Assembly (NCBI RefSeq): GCF_009914755.1
Contig: NC_060943.1
Direction: 5' to 3' (one strand)
Length of the DNA: 64,000 nucleotides
Origin: the human T2T-CHM13v2.0 reference genome, Homo sapiens
The notes under the pieces are model-generated. The model was not told where the DNA came from and made no database searches. It saw nothing but the letters and a program-made list of their open reading frames with translations. Position 1 is the first letter of the stretch. Every line of letters begins with the position of its first letter. The position numbers and the translations under genes are program-made. This document shows positions 61,770 to 64,000 of the stretch, piece after piece.

Positions 61770-62900
61770 AGGGAATAACCTATCTACTAATGGTCAGCAC
61801 CTGTGTCTTTGTGTCTGAGGCCAAGAATAAATTCATCACCTGGGTAGCCACTGCTGCAACAGAAGCCAACCGCAGTCAATGTTGGCTATACGTCTAGTTG
61901 CAGGAGGCCGCCAAAAATGGCTACCTTGGAGAATCATCCCTGACAACATTTCTGAATGGCTATATTGTTACCAATGGGCCACAACAACAACACTTGCAAT
62001 CCAACCTGGGCTTCCTTTGACCACACTAAGCAATCTATCTTTGCCAAGTCAGACAAAAGGTGAACTCCTCCCTCACCTTGCATCAAAAGCCTTGGTATTC
62101 TGCCCAATATTCCTGGAATGGTATATACTACAAACCTGCTGTGCAGGTGGCTGGATTCCATACAGCCTCTGCTTTGTCTGGAGGCCTTAAATGGCTCCTC
62201 TAATGTTACTCTGGGGTTTCTCCAGTCACTTGTCAACACATACTCCAAATCAACAACATTATGCCCAATGAAACACAATCTCTTTCCTATTTTAATAAGA
62301 GATTAGTACACTATGATTACATTAGCTCCATTGCTGTCCCCTGGGGGGAACTCTGGGTATGCAGATCCTATGGGTGGCGATACGTGCCCCTACTTTGGAT
62401 GGGGAGATGCACTTGGGGGTGGACATTAATTCCATTCACTATCCGGGATAATATTCCCCTCTCCAGTAATCTAGATGCTTAGAAACATTGCTAGTTACAA
62501 ATGTGCTGGACTCCCTGGTGGTGGTACCCTATCACAGTATTCTCCCCTGCTGCTGGTACAATCGTGCTTCACCAACAAATTATAATATTTAGCTTACATG
62601 TAGAAAAAGCTCTTAATGATAGTAGCACTGGACTTATGTTGTTATCAGATGAATTTGCTCAGCTGCGTACTCTTGTGTTGCAAAATCAAATGGCATTAGA
62701 TAAGCTTACCACAGCCCAAGGAGAGATTTGCGCCTTACTGCATACTGAATGTTGTGTGTATATTCCTGGCAAGTCTCACAATATTACTCTGTTTGCAACG
62801 CCATGTTGGGTCTAATTTTTATTAATTGTGCTTCTAATTCTCCTGTGCTTACCCTGTATCTGTAATCTATATCAACTCTACCTTTCCGATGTATCTGTGA
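61770..62900 (+). pseudogene. env remnant (gamma-type TM)
   Basis: ORF 62501..62815 contains LQNQMALDKLTTAQGEICALLHTECCVY, an ISD plus CX6CC. Confidence 0.85.
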
Positions 62901-63161
62901 GGGTGTTTTAATACAATTGAGTATCCAATTGAGGCCGAATGTAGTGGAAAAGTTAAATATTAAATTTGAACTCAATTGAATGTGGACACAAACAATGGTC
63001 ACCAAGTCTCAGAACAGATTATGTGAGCCCCTTTAGGCATTCATCCAGCACTGTTTCAGAGAAATTTCTACTTCAATCTATTCCTATACGTTATTGAAAA
63101 ACAATAGCCAATCACAAAAACAGGTTAACCTTTTTAGAGGTGTGAGCCACCATGCCTGGCC

Positions 63162-64000
63162 TTGGATGGGTTTTTTGTGGGTACTTTTTTGTCGTTGATG
63201 CTGTTGTTCCTTTCTGTTTGTTTTTCTTTCAATGGTCAGGTCTGTCTTCTGTAGGGCTGCTGCAGTTTGCTGGGGGTTCACTTCAGGCCCTATTCATCCA
63301 GTTCACTCCCGTGCCTGGAGATGTCACTCAAGGAGTTTGGAGAAGAGCAAAGAAGAGTCTGCTCCTTCCTCTGTGATCTCTGACCTCAAGAGGCACCAAC
63401 CTGATGCTAGTAGGATCACTCCTGTATAGGGTGTCTGACAACCCCTGTTGAAGTGTCACCAGTTGGGTGGCATGGGGAGCAGAACCCATTTAATGAAGCA
63501 CTTTGACTATTCCTTGGTGGAGGGGGGTGTTTTGCTGGGGGGAAACCCACTCATCTGGGCTGCTCGAATTCCTCAGAACTAGCAGGAGGAAAGGCTAAGT
63601 CTGCTGGTCCACAGAGACTGCAGCCACCCCTCCCCCTAGGGGCTCAGGCCTAGGGAGATCAGAGTTCTGTCCCTGAGCCCCTGGCTGGAGTTCCTGCAGG
63701 GAGGCCCTGACCAGTGAGGAGGGATGGGTGAGGGTCAGGCCTGAAGAGACATTCTGGCCACAGTCTGCCACAGCCCGTGTGTTGGTCTGTGGGGGACATC
63801 TCCTGAGACCAAGCTGTCCAGTTTCCCTGGATCTAGCAGAGGAAAAGTGTGGCCAGGAGCTATAGAGATGGCTGCTTCCCTTTCCCCATCCATGGAGCTT
63901 AGCCTGTTAGGCAGTTTTGAGTCCCAGTGCTGGCTGCTGTCCCTCCCTCAAGGAGCTCAAACAGCTTAGACAGCAGCCAACTGCAACTGTGGTGCTGGTC
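63162..64000 (-). mobile_element. Old L1 5' UTR region
   Basis: GTTGATGCTGTTGTTCCTTTCTGTTTG...GGGCTGCTGCAGTTTGCTGGGGG...CCACAGAGACTGCAGCCACCCCTCCCCCTAGGGGCTC resembles the antisense 5' end of older L1PA elements. Confidence 0.7.

Overview
Primate, almost certainly human, genomic DNA from a ZNF91-type KRAB zinc-finger cluster (19p12-like). One intact gene lies on the minus strand. It has four coding exons (57491-57493, 45246-45372, 44012-44107, 36128-37512) that splice to a 536-aa KRAB protein with 13 C2H2 fingers, which I recognise as ZNF737. The left ~23 kb is a dead, inverted paralogue of that gene's intron 3 with no zinc-finger exon. It has been filled by minus-strand insertions: a HERV-K11/HML-8 5' LTR (MER11), a full-length HERV-E inside an Alu, a deleted-type HERV-H with a Phe-like PBS, and an SVA with short 5' and 3' transductions. 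Other notable features: a duplicated block ending in a 32-bp CCAAT/E-box minisatellite; a solo LTR10-like LTR; relic zinc fingers hidden behind a 2-nt frameshift; an AluYb8 that replaced the left arm of an older Alu; and, just upstream of the promoter, a class III (LTR66/HERVL66-like, Ser PBS) provirus with both dUTPase and env remnants. Most short ORFs in the track are Alu, SVA or L1 artefacts. Repeat family names come from recalled consensus sequences and need RepeatMasker/Dfam confirmation.
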